A DNA stretch of 64,000 bases, from contig JBBTRR010000006.1 in NCBI GenBank assembly GCA_038065095.1, forward strand, positions 20,713 through 84,712, given 5' to 3'. The notes beneath the pieces were generated by a model. The model was given only the letters and a program-made list of their open reading frames with translations, had not been told where the DNA came from and searched no databases. Both the position numbers and the translations under genes were made by a program. The DNA comes from Patescibacteria group bacterium (lineage in GTDB: Bacteria > Patescibacteriota > Minisyncoccia > JACQLN01). Of this stretch, positions 38,818 to 48,594 are shown one piece after another (the stretch's first letter is position 1; each line of letters starts with the position of its first letter).

Positions 38818-39065
38818 ACCCCTAAGGTAGCCAGTTTTTTGCCAGTTTTTTTAACAAAACCTAACCTTATCAATTCTTCTTCGGCTACGCATTCAATACA
38901 AAGCTCAATCGCCTCTTTGACCATTTCCTTGGCTTGTTTAATATTTTTGCCCCAAGTTACAACTCCTTTTAATCCCGGAGCTGTTACCATATATCCCTTT
39001 TCATCTTTTTCTAAAACTATTCGATGCTCTCCATATTTGGTTTTAACAACATCTTGTTTTTTCAT
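38814..39065 (-). CDS. hicB: HicB family antitoxin (short)
   Basis: GYMVTAPGLKGVVTWGKNIKQA..MVKEAIEL; hicB-hicA order. Confidence 0.88.
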   Translation of the reverse strand: MKKQDVVKTKYGEHRIVLEKDEKGYMVTAPGLKGVVTWGKNIKQAKEMVKEAIELCIECVAEEELIRLGFVKKTGKKLATLGV

Positions 39066-39088
39066 GCTAAAAATATAACCCAAAACTA

Positions 39089-40021
39089 TTAAACTTTCAA
39101 CCCTTGCAAAGCCTTTATACGTTCTTCGATTGGGGGGTGTGTAGAGAATAATTTAGCCAACCAAGGCGTTTTTTGTTTGTGATCCGGAATGCCATCGCCA
39201 TCTGCATCCGCACCAAATGGGTTTTCGAAAAACAAATGTGCGGTGGCATTGGTAGCGGTACGAATTGGCTGATGATCGTATTGGGAAATTTTCCTTAAAG
39301 CCAAAACCAAACCTTCGGGGTAACGGGTTAATAAGACCGCAGAAGCGTCAGCCAAAAATTCGCGCTTTCTTGAAATAGCTAAATGTATTAATGTGGCAAA
39401 AATTGGCGCTAAAATAGAAAGTAAAATTCCGACTATAATCATAACCCCATTTCCCCCTCTATTTTCACCATCTCTATTGTGCCCACCAAACCAAAGCGAA
39501 CGCATAAACATATCGGCTAGTATTGAAACAAAACCAACCAACACCACCGCAACCGTAGAAACCAACATATCGCGGTTACCAATATGCGAAAGTTCGTGAG
39601 CTAAAACTCCTTCAATTTCTGATCTATCTAACTTATTTAATAAACCCGATGTAACTGCCACAACAGCATGTTCCGGATTTCTACCAGTAGCAAAGGCGTT
39701 TGGAGCAGGATCTTCTATAACAAAAAACCTTGGCATGGGCAAACCTGCGGTTATGGTTAAATTTTCTAAAATTCTAAAAAGTTCTGGGTTTGATTTTAAT
39801 TCAACTGGTTTGGCTTTGTGCATAGCCAAAACAATTTTGTCGGAAAACCAATAGCTTATAAAATTCATACCGATACTAAAAATAACAGCTATGTAGAGAA
39901 TGCTTGGATTTTGGTAATATTGACTAACTACAAAACCAATTCCAATAACCGCGCCAAAAAACACAGCCATCAAAAGCCATGTTTTTCGGATATTAGAAGA
40001 TTGATTCGAATATATTGTCAT
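39089..40021 (-). CDS. htpX: M48 zinc metalloprotease HtpX
   Basis: PNAFATG, AHELSH, SRKREFLADA, STHPPIEERI. Confidence 0.93.
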   Translation of the reverse strand: MTIYSNQSSNIRKTWLLMAVFFGAVIGIGFVVSQYYQNPSILYIAVIFSIGMNFISYWFSDKIVLAMHKAKPVELKSNPELFRILENLTITAGLPMPRFFVIEDPAPNAFATGRNPEHAVVAVTSGLLNKLDRSEIEGVLAHELSHIGNRDMLVSTVAVVLVGFVSILADMFMRSLWFGGHNRDGENRGGNGVMIIVGILLSILAPIFATLIHLAISRKREFLADASAVLLTRYPEGLVLALRKISQYDHQPIRTATNATAHLFFENPFGADADGDGIPDHKQKTPWLAKLFSTHPPIEERIKALQGLKV

Positions 40022-40029
40022 CTAATATT

Positions 40030-40602
40030 TTAGAACTTTACCGCTACTGGTTCTTGCGCCGGAGAATTATCGTCCAGATCAAAAAATTCTTTCTTTTTAA
40101 AACCAAACATTCCGGCAATTAGATTAGACGGAAAAGAATCTACTGCGACATTAAGATCGCGCACGTTGCCGTTATAGAATCTACGGGCGGCTTGAATTTT
40201 ATTTTCAGTGTCAGCCAGTTCGCGTTGCAAATCCAAAAAGTTGGCGTTGGCTTTAAGATCGGGATAATTTTCGGCCACGGCAAAAAGAGTTTTCAAAGTA
40301 TCGGTGAGCATATTCTCTTTGGCCGCCTTTTCGTGAGCGCCAGTCGCGTTTGACGCGACGCCCATGGCTTGAGTTCGGGCTTTGGTCACATTTTCTAGAA
40401 CGCTTCGCTCATGACTCATATAGCCTTTTACGGCTTCTATTACGTTCGGAATTAAATCGTAACGGCGTTTTAACTGCACCTCGATATCGGAAAAAGCTTC
40501 CTCTATTCTGGTTCGCAAAGTTACTAACCTATTAAAGGCATAAATAATCCAAAGAATTATTACTCCGCCCACGCCAATTAGAATCCAAGATATTAATGTC
40601 AT
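40030..40602 (-). CDS. lemA: LemA family protein
   Basis: QLKRRYDLIPN, ENYPDLKA, RRFYN. Confidence 0.95.
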   Translation of the reverse strand: MTLISWILIGVGGVIILWIIYAFNRLVTLRTRIEEAFSDIEVQLKRRYDLIPNVIEAVKGYMSHERSVLENVTKARTQAMGVASNATGAHEKAAKENMLTDTLKTLFAVAENYPDLKANANFLDLQRELADTENKIQAARRFYNGNVRDLNVAVDSFPSNLIAGMFGFKKKEFFDLDDNSPAQEPVAVKF

Positions 40603-40719
40603 GTTTTTATTATATCACCAAGTTAATAATTTTCAAATTCCAATTTACAATCAATTATCAATAATTCAATTTTCAAAAAAAGACTTTAATAATTGTTTGA
40701 TTGAGAATTGTAAATTTCT

Positions 40720-42363
40720 TTAGTAATCTTCCATCCCTCCTTGTGGCATCGCCGGCATTTCTTTCTTTTCTGGAATTTCGGTTATAGCCGCGCCAACTGT
40801 TAAATAATTAGCCGCCACCGAAACCGCATTTACAAAAGCAGTCTTGGTAACTTTTAACGGATCCATAATGCCATAATCTTTTAAGTTTTCTACTTTATTA
40901 GTTACCGCATTAAAACCAATCCAATTAGAATTTGGTTTAGACTTAGCTTGCATCAATTCACCAATAACTTCTTCAACAGATTCACCGCTGTTTTCAATAA
41001 TAGCTTTTACAGGCGACCTTAAAGCTTCAAACATTATTTTTGCGGCCGCCTTTACTATTGGTTGTTCATTTTTACTTTTGACATTTTTGCTTAAAACAAT
41101 ATTAAACAAAGCCATACCACCACCAGGCACAATACCTTCTTCCATAGCCGCTTTAGTAGCCGCCACTGCGTCTTCCACGCGCTGTTTTAATTCTTTTTGA
41201 GCCGATTCTGTTGGCGCACCAACTTTAATAATAGCTACACCACCCGAAAGTTTACCCGATCTTTCTTCTAATTTATCCTTATCAAAATCGGAAGTACTCT
41301 TTTCTATTTGAGTTTTTATTTGTTTAATTCTTTTTTCTATTTCTATTTTTTTACCAGCACCACCAATAATGGTTGTGCTTTCTTTAGTACAAATAACTTT
41401 TTTAGCTTGCCCTAAAACATTTATTTCTATGGCGTCTAAACGTAAACCTTTTTCTTCGGTAATAACTTCGGCGCCAGTTAAAATAGCTAAATCTTCCAAC
41501 ATATCTTTTCGTCTATCGCCAAAACCCGGAGCCTTAATGGCTAGAGCATTAAACGTGCCACGAATTTTATTTACAATTAATGTAGCCAAAGATTCACCTT
41601 CTACGTCTTCGGCAATAATTACTAAATTCTTTTTACCGGCTTTCGCTAATTTTTCTAAAAATGGCAAAAAATCGGTTAAGGTAGATATTTTTTTGTCGGT
41701 AATAAGTATTAACGGATTTTCATAAACCGCTTCCATTTTTTCGGCATTGGTTACCATATAGTGCGAAATGTAACCACGATCAAACTGCATACCTTCTACC
41801 ACTTCGTATGAACTGCCGACAGTGTTAGCGTCTTCCACCGAAATTACCCCGTCTTTACCAACTTCATCTACAACTTCGGCAATTAACTTGCCAATGTTTA
41901 CATCTTTGGCAGAAAGCGTGGCTACTTCCTGAATTTTTTTATTATCGTCTATAAGTTCGCGCTGGCTTTCTAATGTTTTTATAATTATATTAGAAGCTTC
42001 TTTAAGTTCGTTAGCCAATTGAATAACATTAAAACCACCTTTCTTTATAGATTCTTCGCCAGCCCTAATCATAGCTTGAGCCAAAACCACCGAAGTGGTT
42101 GTACCATCGCCTACATTTGTATTAGTTTTATCAGCCGCCTGTTTTACAAATTCCGCGCCCAAGTTTTCGTATTTATCAGCCAGTTCAATTTCTTTAGCTA
42201 CCGTTACACCATCAAAAGTAACTTGCGGTGCACCATAACTTTTTTCTATAACCACCGCTCGGCCTCGTGGCCCGAGTGTCATTTTTACAGCTTCGGCTAA
42301 TTTATCTATTCCCCGCCTCATAGCTGTTCTTGCGTTTTCATTAAATAATATTTGTTTTGCCAT
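40720..42363 (-). CDS. groL: Chaperonin GroEL
   Basis: TLGPRGR, GDGTTT, GMQFDRGY, APGFGDRRK, GIVPGGG. Confidence 0.97.
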   Translation of the reverse strand: MAKQILFNENARTAMRRGIDKLAEAVKMTLGPRGRAVVIEKSYGAPQVTFDGVTVAKEIELADKYENLGAEFVKQAADKTNTNVGDGTTTSVVLAQAMIRAGEESIKKGGFNVIQLANELKEASNIIIKTLESQRELIDDNKKIQEVATLSAKDVNIGKLIAEVVDEVGKDGVISVEDANTVGSSYEVVEGMQFDRGYISHYMVTNAEKMEAVYENPLILITDKKISTLTDFLPFLEKLAKAGKKNLVIIAEDVEGESLATLIVNKIRGTFNALAIKAPGFGDRRKDMLEDLAILTGAEVITEEKGLRLDAIEINVLGQAKKVICTKESTTIIGGAGKKIEIEKRIKQIKTQIEKSTSDFDKDKLEERSGKLSGGVAIIKVGAPTESAQKELKQRVEDAVAATKAAMEEGIVPGGGMALFNIVLSKNVKSKNEQPIVKAAAKIMFEALRSPVKAIIENSGESVEEVIGELMQAKSKPNSNWIGFNAVTNKVENLKDYGIMDPLKVTKTAFVNAVSVAANYLTVGAAITEIPEKKEMPAMPQGGMEDY

Positions 42364-42454
42364 ATTTGTCTAAATTTAATTTATTAAATTTAGCTACAAA
42401 TATGTGTCCTGCGAAGCTTTAGCGAAGTAGGACCATATCTGTAACTGATTTTAT

Positions 42455-42745
42455 TTATTCGAGCACAGCGAGAATATCTTCTTCTCGTGCTATTAAATAA
42501 GTCTTACCGTCAACCTTTATTTCTTGTGGACCATATTTTGTAAATAAAACCACATCACCTTTTTTAACTGTCATCTTTACAATTTCTCCATCGTCTATTT
42601 TTCCTGGGCCAACTTCCAAAATTTTGCCTTGTTCTGGTCGTTCTTTATCTATAGTATCGGGTAGATAAATTCCCGATTTTGTTTTTTCTTCTTTGGACAT
42701 AGGCTCTATCAAAACCCTGTCGGCTAATGGTTTAATCTTCATCAT
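42455..42745 (-). CDS. groS: Co-chaperonin GroES
   Basis: IKPLADRVLI, TKSGIYLP, EEDILAV. Confidence 0.97.
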   Translation of the reverse strand: MMKIKPLADRVLIEPMSKEEKTKSGIYLPDTIDKERPEQGKILEVGPGKIDDGEIVKMTVKKGDVVLFTKYGPQEIKVDGKTYLIAREEDILAVLE

Positions 42746-42833
42746 GATATGTTTAGAATTTAGAAAGTAGATTTTTAGAGTGTAGATTTAAAACCACTTT
42801 CTACCTTCTACATTCTACTGTCTAATATTGTTT

Positions 42834-42887
42834 TTATCACTCTTCTATTACGATTGATAATGTAACAAATGTTAAAACTGGAGTCAA
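42834..42887 (-). promoter_or_regulatory. groESL promoter with CIRCE-like operator
   Basis: TTGACT-17-TACATT on the minus strand overlapping TTATCACTC-N9-GATTGATAA (42834-42860). Confidence 0.7.
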
Positions 42888-42969
42888 GCCAGATTGGTTT
42901 TATATAGAGTAACCCTTCGACTCGAAGACTCGCTCAGGATATTTGTTCAACACTTAGTGTTGAACAAAT

Positions 42970-43420
42970 AAAAAGTCGCTCCGATAATACATCGGAGCGA
43001 CTGGTGCGAAAGACTTCCCTCTGCACGTGACCATATCAACCATCTTTCCCTAGAAAGGAGGTTTATACGGCACTCGTAGAAGTCTCTCGACTTTATACTA
43101 CTGGGAAGATCATGAGGAATACTCACGTTCACCTGTCGAAGGTTCATGAGTAGTTCAGAGACCTTCCCAGCAAAATAATAAAGAACTGAATCCTCTGCTT
43201 AAAAAACAAAGGATTAATTTCGGGCTGGATGCCTAACGGTCGCACCCAGCCTTTCAGCCAAACAGGTATCAGACCACATCCAACTCACGAGGCATCGTGG
43301 GGAGGTAGAGTATTTCAGTCAGACTAGTCCGACGTAGGTCCTGTTTAGCTTACAATGGCGAGGTTCTAGGGAGGGTAGTCCCCCGCCAAAAACCAAACCA
43401 ATATACCATATTTATAGAAC
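42970..43420 (-). ncRNA. Candidate ~450-nt structured RNA, family unknown
   Basis: TTGACA-16-TATAAT promoter (43454-43427), several stems with G-U pairs favouring the minus strand, terminator agtcgctccgat/atcggagcgact plus U-tract; no credible ORF. Confidence 0.6.
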
Positions 43421-43453
43421 ACTCTCATTATACATATATACAAAAAGGTGTCA

Positions 43454-43505
43454 ACCCCGTTAGAGACAGAGGGTCGCTACGAGCCCTCGCGGTCTCTAAC
43501 GGGGT
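43454..43505. repeat. CCCGTTAGA...TCTAACGGG element
   Basis: accccgttagagac/gtctctaacggggt; GTCAA repeated at both ends. Confidence 0.85.
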
Positions 43506-43631
43506 CAAGCCCATCTTAAGAACTAATTCCCAGAAGGACTGCCCTTCATAGGAAGGGCAGTCCTTCTGGTTGGGTTCCTACTACCTATGGAATTAAAAAT
43601 CCGCTCCGACTTTTTGTCGGAGCGGAAATAC

Positions 43632-44729
43632 TCACATTACCTTTTCCAAAAACTCAATAATCTTTCTTTCCGTATGCCAATCATCTGGCAGAGGAAAAGC
43701 TTTCTCCTGCTGGCGACAGCACCTATCTTGACCTGCCGAAGTTAATAGGAATTGGATAGCATCAGCTAGTTGATCACGACTACTGGCTTTGACAGCCCCA
43801 CCAAGTTCAGCAACAAACCAAGTTTCACCACCTGTTTGAATCTTCACACGAGCCCGAACACCTTCGTCGTTAAGGTAAATACCCGGCACACGGGCATAAG
43901 CACCAGCAATGGAAATATTCGTACCACTGGCGTAAATCATTACATCAGCCGAGCCCGCAATCCGCGCACCTTTCCAAATCTTTGTATCGTTTGTATTAGC
44001 AACCCAGATATCTTCCAATATTTTAGAACGTTCAACGAAGAGTTGAGTGAAACGCTCTTCATCACCGGGTTTATTGGGATCAGGCCTTTCGCCGGGGTGT
44101 TTGCCGACCACTAGCACGATACCCCTTGCATCCATACCAGCGAGAGCTTCCTTGACCACTTTGATGATGCGGTTGTTTTCCTCGGGCTCTTTGCCTAAAA
44201 TCAAGCCGACAGACCGGTCATTCTTGCTCAAACCGATTTCTGTGCTGACTCCAGAGATCTCCACTAATTTCTTCCGCCGTGGCCAGTTTTCGGCCTTGGC
44301 TTGCATCAGCGACTCATATTCTAACCTCCATTGCGGTGGTGGACCAAGATACACAGTCCCATCATATCCAAATTCTTTTGCGGCTTCAGATCCAGAAGGA
44401 TGAGCTAGAAAAACCAACTTGGCCCGATAAGCCCAATAATCCTTGGCCTTGGGTCGGAGACAAGCGCCGGGTACATCTTCAAACACAAACCATGGTGTTT
44501 GAAATTTGAGACAAAAATCCGCAAACTCCAACTCCTGTTCCGTTTCAAAACTGGAAAGGCCAGTAACCATAGCATCCAAATCTATTAGTTCTTGTCCTCT
44601 CTCTTTGGCCAAACCACGAACCTGTTTGGGGAATAGGGTCACTTCGTGACCCCTAGTTTCAGCCTCTTTGGCAAGCAACGCCATAGCATCGCCTCCAGCA
44701 TTATCAAAGCAGAAAAATCCGATCTTCAT
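43632..44729 (-). CDS. Orphan protein, possibly GT-B fold
   Basis: GHEVTLF, VGKHPGE, ADVMI..SGT; GC-richer than neighbours; TTGACA promoter, GGAGG SD, terminator tccgctccgac/gtcggagcgga. Confidence 0.6.
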   Translation of the reverse strand: MKIGFFCFDNAGGDAMALLAKEAETRGHEVTLFPKQVRGLAKERGQELIDLDAMVTGLSSFETEQELEFADFCLKFQTPWFVFEDVPGACLRPKAKDYWAYRAKLVFLAHPSGSEAAKEFGYDGTVYLGPPPQWRLEYESLMQAKAENWPRRKKLVEISGVSTEIGLSKNDRSVGLILGKEPEENNRIIKVVKEALAGMDARGIVLVVGKHPGERPDPNKPGDEERFTQLFVERSKILEDIWVANTNDTKIWKGARIAGSADVMIYASGTNISIAGAYARVPGIYLNDEGVRARVKIQTGGETWFVAELGGAVKASSRDQLADAIQFLLTSAGQDRCCRQQEKAFPLPDDWHTERKIIEFLEKVM

Positions 44730-44904
44730 ATTGTGCCTCCATATAAGGGGTTTTTGGAAAATTAGTAAAAAAAGAACATGTAGAATATATCAGGTATTTA
44801 CCAATATTGTCAAACGTAACGATAAACCACGATCGTGTACTATTGTTACGTTTTATTTATTAACTTTTAATCAAGTCACCAAAGTTTAATTTTGATTTTG
44901 ATAA

Positions 44905-47847
44905 TTACTTTTTTAAAAACTTTCCCGTATAACTATTTTTAGCTTTTATAATTTCCCCAAGTGTTCCAGTAGCCACAACCTTGCCTCCACCGTTTCCACC
45001 TTCAGGGCCAAGGTCGATTATATGGTGAGCAGTTCGAATTACATCTAAGTTATGTTCAATTACCAAAACTGTATTCTTTTTCTCTACCAACAAATGCAAA
45101 ACTTTTAATAATTTATTTATATCTTCAAAATGCAAACCGGTGGTAGGTTCATCTAAAATATATAAAGTTTTTCCGGTATCTCGACGCGATAATTCTGTAG
45201 CCAGTTTAATACGTTGCGCTTCACCACCAGAAAGTGTTGTAGCCGGCTGGCCTAATTCCATATAACCTAAACCAACTTCTAACAGTGTTCCAATTTTTTG
45301 CTTTAAGGCTGGAATATTTTTGAAAAATTCAAAAGCATCTTCCACTGGCATTTTTAAAACCTGCGCAATACTTTTACCTTTGTATTCCACTTCCAAAGCT
45401 TCTTTGTTATAGCGCGTGCCGTGGCATTCTTCACATTCCACATAAACATCGGGCAAAAAGTGCATTTCTATTTTTTTAACACCCTGCCCTTCACAAACTT
45501 CACATCTGCCACCTTTTACATTAAAACTAAACCTGCCTGGTCCAAACCCGCGAATTTTTGCTTCACGAGTCGCGGCGTATAAATCTCTAATCACCCCAAA
45601 CATTCCTGTGTAGGTGGCTGGATTAGAACGCGGTGTTCTACCAATAGGGCTTTGATCTACCACTACCACTTTATCTAAATTTTCCCAACCAACAATTGAT
45701 TCAAATTTTCCTGGAGAATCTTTGGCACCATAAAATTTTTGTAATAAAAATTTAGCTAAAATATCGTTTACCAAACTAGATTTACCTGAACCTGAAACTC
45801 CGGTAACCGCCACAAATTTTGAAAGAGGAATACTAACCGTAATATTTTTTAAATTGTTTTCCCCCGCTCCTTTAATAACAATAGAGGGTAGATTTTTATC
45901 TTCTACTTTCAACTTTCCACCTTCTACTTTCTTTTTTCCGGACAGATACTCTCCAGTAATAGAATTAGACTTTTTAAGTTGCGCCGGCGTTCCTTCAAAA
46001 ACAATTTTGCCCCCGTGCTTGCCTGCTCCTGGGCCAACATCTATTAACCAATCAGCATTTTCCATAGTTTGTTCATCGTGTTCAACCACCACAACCGTAT
46101 TGCCAATATCACGAAGATGCTTAAGAGTTGAAATCAATCTATTTTGATCGCGCTGGTGCAAACCAATAGAAGGCTCATCCAAAATATACAGAACTCCGGT
46201 CAAGCCAGAACCTATCTGCGTAGCTAAACGAATTCTCTGGGCTTCGCCACCAGAAAGCGTAGCCGAAGACCGAGCCAGTGTTAAGTAATCTAAACCGACA
46301 TTTAGCAAAAATTCTAAACGATTTAAAATTTCTTTAATAATTGGTCCAGCAATCTTCATTTCGAAATCACTTAATGTCAGCTTTTTAGGCGATCGCCTAA
46401 AAAGCTGACTATTGTCTTGCCAATCAATGCCCTTCCTTTGTCCAACAATCTGAATAAAAAATTTCTGACACTCGTAAATAGAAAGACTAACTACATCCTG
46501 GATATTTATATTCAAAAATTTAACCGAGAGTACTTCTGGCTTTAATCTAGCTCCCTTACAAACCGGGCAAACTTTGTCTATCATATAACGCTCTATTTCG
46601 GCTCGTGTAAATTCTGATTCAGTTTCGTGATAGCGCCTAAGTAAGTTTGGTATAACTCCTTCAAAATCGCCATCTCTATCTTTATCGCCATATAAAATAA
46701 TATCTATAAATTTTTGTGGTAGATCTTTTACTGGCACCGAAACAGAAAAACCATATTTTGAAGAAATCTCTTCCACAATACTCCAATACCAACCTTGATA
46801 GCCAACACGGTAAGAAGCCGAAGCCCAAGGTTTAATGGCACCTTCCGCTAGAGTTATATTCTTACTTGGAAAAACTAAATCTGGATCAATCTCTTTTGTT
46901 ATTCCTAAACCCGTACAATGTGGACAAGCTCCGTGAGGACTATTGAAAGAAAAACTTCTGGGTTCAACATTTGGAAAATTTATACCGCAATAAGCACAAG
47001 ACATAGCTTCGGAAAAAAGTTCATCCTCACTTTTCCCTTTCATCCCCTTTACCCCATTAGCCCCGTTTGACTTAGAAATAATCATCAAACCATCACCAAG
47101 TTTTAAAGCCTGCTCTATAGATTCTGCAATACGTGCTCTAAGATCGGGATCATTTTCTATTTCTACCCTATCTATAACAGCTTCTATAGAATGACGTTTA
47201 TACTTTTCTAAATTTAGTTTTAAAGCCTCTTCTACTTTTAAAATTTCGCCGTTGACTCTGACGCGAGCATATCCAGAATTTGATAGCTTTGTAATAACTG
47301 CCTTGTGTTCGCCTTTTTGATCGCGAATAATTGGCGCCAAAATTACCAAAGCCGTCCCCTTTTTAAATTTTAGAATTTTATCTGTAATTTGTGTTGGGCT
47401 TTGGCGCGAAACAATGCGATCACATTTTGGACAATGCGGTACACCTACACGTGCAAACAATAAACGCAAATAATCATAAATTTCGGTGATAGTACCAACT
47501 GTAGAACGTGGATTTTTTGATACACTTTTTTGGTCAATTGATATTGCTGGCGACAGACCATCTATACTGTCTACATCCGGCTTATCCATAATACCTAAAA
47601 ATTGTCTGGCGTAAGCCGACAAACTTTCTACATACCGCCTTTGACCTTCGGCATATAAAGTATCAAAAGCGAGTGAAGACTTTCCCGAACCCGAAAGACC
47701 GGTTATAACCACCAGCTTGTTTTTGGGAATATCTAAGCTAACGTTTTTGAGATTGTGAACCCTAGCACCGCGTACTTTTATAAATTCCACCTGCCCCGTG
47801 GAGCGCAAGCTCTTTACGGGGCGAATTTTGATGTAGTTTTGCTCCAT
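44905..47847 (-). CDS. uvrA: Excinuclease ABC subunit A
   Basis: Two Walker A motifs ([16 protein letters not shown]), Zn fingers, LSGGEAQR twice. Confidence 0.98.
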   Translation of the reverse strand: MEQNYIKIRPVKSLRSTGQVEFIKVRGARVHNLKNVSLDIPKNKLVVITGLSGSGKSSLAFDTLYAEGQRRYVESLSAYARQFLGIMDKPDVDSIDGLSPAISIDQKSVSKNPRSTVGTITEIYDYLRLLFARVGVPHCPKCDRIVSRQSPTQITDKILKFKKGTALVILAPIIRDQKGEHKAVITKLSNSGYARVRVNGEILKVEEALKLNLEKYKRHSIEAVIDRVEIENDPDLRARIAESIEQALKLGDGLMIISKSNGANGVKGMKGKSEDELFSEAMSCAYCGINFPNVEPRSFSFNSPHGACPHCTGLGITKEIDPDLVFPSKNITLAEGAIKPWASASYRVGYQGWYWSIVEEISSKYGFSVSVPVKDLPQKFIDIILYGDKDRDGDFEGVIPNLLRRYHETESEFTRAEIERYMIDKVCPVCKGARLKPEVLSVKFLNINIQDVVSLSIYECQKFFIQIVGQRKGIDWQDNSQLFRRSPKKLTLSDFEMKIAGPIIKEILNRLEFLLNVGLDYLTLARSSATLSGGEAQRIRLATQIGSGLTGVLYILDEPSIGLHQRDQNRLISTLKHLRDIGNTVVVVEHDEQTMENADWLIDVGPGAGKHGGKIVFEGTPAQLKKSNSITGEYLSGKKKVEGGKLKVEDKNLPSIVIKGAGENNLKNITVSIPLSKFVAVTGVSGSGKSSLVNDILAKFLLQKFYGAKDSPGKFESIVGWENLDKVVVVDQSPIGRTPRSNPATYTGMFGVIRDLYAATREAKIRGFGPGRFSFNVKGGRCEVCEGQGVKKIEMHFLPDVYVECEECHGTRYNKEALEVEYKGKSIAQVLKMPVEDAFEFFKNIPALKQKIGTLLEVGLGYMELGQPATTLSGGEAQRIKLATELSRRDTGKTLYILDEPTTGLHFEDINKLLKVLHLLVEKKNTVLVIEHNLDVIRTAHHIIDLGPEGGNGGGKVVATGTLGEIIKAKNSYTGKFLKK
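46376..46409. repeat. Perfect 34-bp CGATCG-centred palindrome inside uvrA
   Basis: gtcagctttttaggcga|tcgcctaaaaagctgac; encodes [12 protein letters not shown]. Confidence 0.95.
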
Positions 47848-47930
47848 ATATAAACAGTGGATTATACACCAAATCAATGTGAAAATCCAGCCTTTGACAC
47901 GAACGCCTTAGGGTTTATAATGGAAGTATT

Positions 47931-48179
47931 ATGCTAGCCAAAAAAACTACAATTGATGACCTAGCCAGAATGGTAGCTCGCGGGTTTAATAATGTTGAAA
48001 GTAAAATGGCTACCAAAGAACAACTTGAGAATGTTGAAAAACGTCTTGATGTAAGATTAACCAATGTAGAAAATAAATTAGATAATATAGAAAAAATAAT
48101 TCTTAAACAGCAAGGTGAGCATATTAAAAATCTCGATAAAAGAATAACTCATCTAGAAGAAATGTTCGCGGTAAAATAG
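47931..48179 (+). CDS. Small coiled-coil hypothetical protein
   Basis: TIDDLARMVARGF..MATKEQL; TTGACA/TATAAT promoter upstream. Confidence 0.7.
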   Translation: MLAKKTTIDDLARMVARGFNNVESKMATKEQLENVEKRLDVRLTNVENKLDNIEKIILKQQGEHIKNLDKRITHLEEMFAVK

Positions 48180-48263
48180 ATCCAGCACCTTTTTATTTAA
48201 AAAGGTGCTGGATAAAAATTACTCCTCCGACACAAGGTCGGAGGAGTTTTGGTTTTAGAGAAA

Positions 48264-48515
48264 TTACTTGATTATTATAGATACAATCAAAAGCACCGAA
48301 CTTACAAGCATGAAAATAAAGCCTCTTCTAGCAACATCTGTTACCTCAATCATATCCCGTGTTGCTAGTGTTATTTGTGCTATGTTTTGCCTAAATCCTG
48401 AAGAACAAAGTGCTTCTAAAAAACCTTTGATTTTACCTAACTGGTCAGAAAGAAGAAAAGCTCCGTACGAGAGGCAGATTATGCCCAAACTGGCTATAGC
48501 TGCTGTTACTCTCAT
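48264..48515 (-). CDS. Orphan two-TM small protein
   Basis: AGGAGG SD, boxA-like GCTCTTAAA, terminator actcctccgac/gtcggaggagt. Confidence 0.55.
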   Translation of the reverse strand: MRVTAAIASLGIICLSYGAFLLSDQLGKIKGFLEALCSSGFRQNIAQITLATRDMIEVTDVARRGFIFMLVSSVLLIVSIIIK

Positions 48516-48594
48516 CTTCTAATCCCTCCTGTTTGTATTGGTTTAAGAGCTTGCCTTCGCTGAATTATTGCTTTAATATTACCAGATAATAAAA

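Noticed and set aside
42947-43147. 66-aa ORF inside the structured RNA
   Set aside because: No SD, no recognisable motif, and it runs through the terminator.
42970-43420. RNase P RNA or tmRNA identity for the structured RNA
   Set aside because: No correctly ordered GAGGAAAGUCC and 3' P4 strand, and no T-arm GGUUCRA before the GCACCA; an Rfam scan is still needed to exclude divergent forms.
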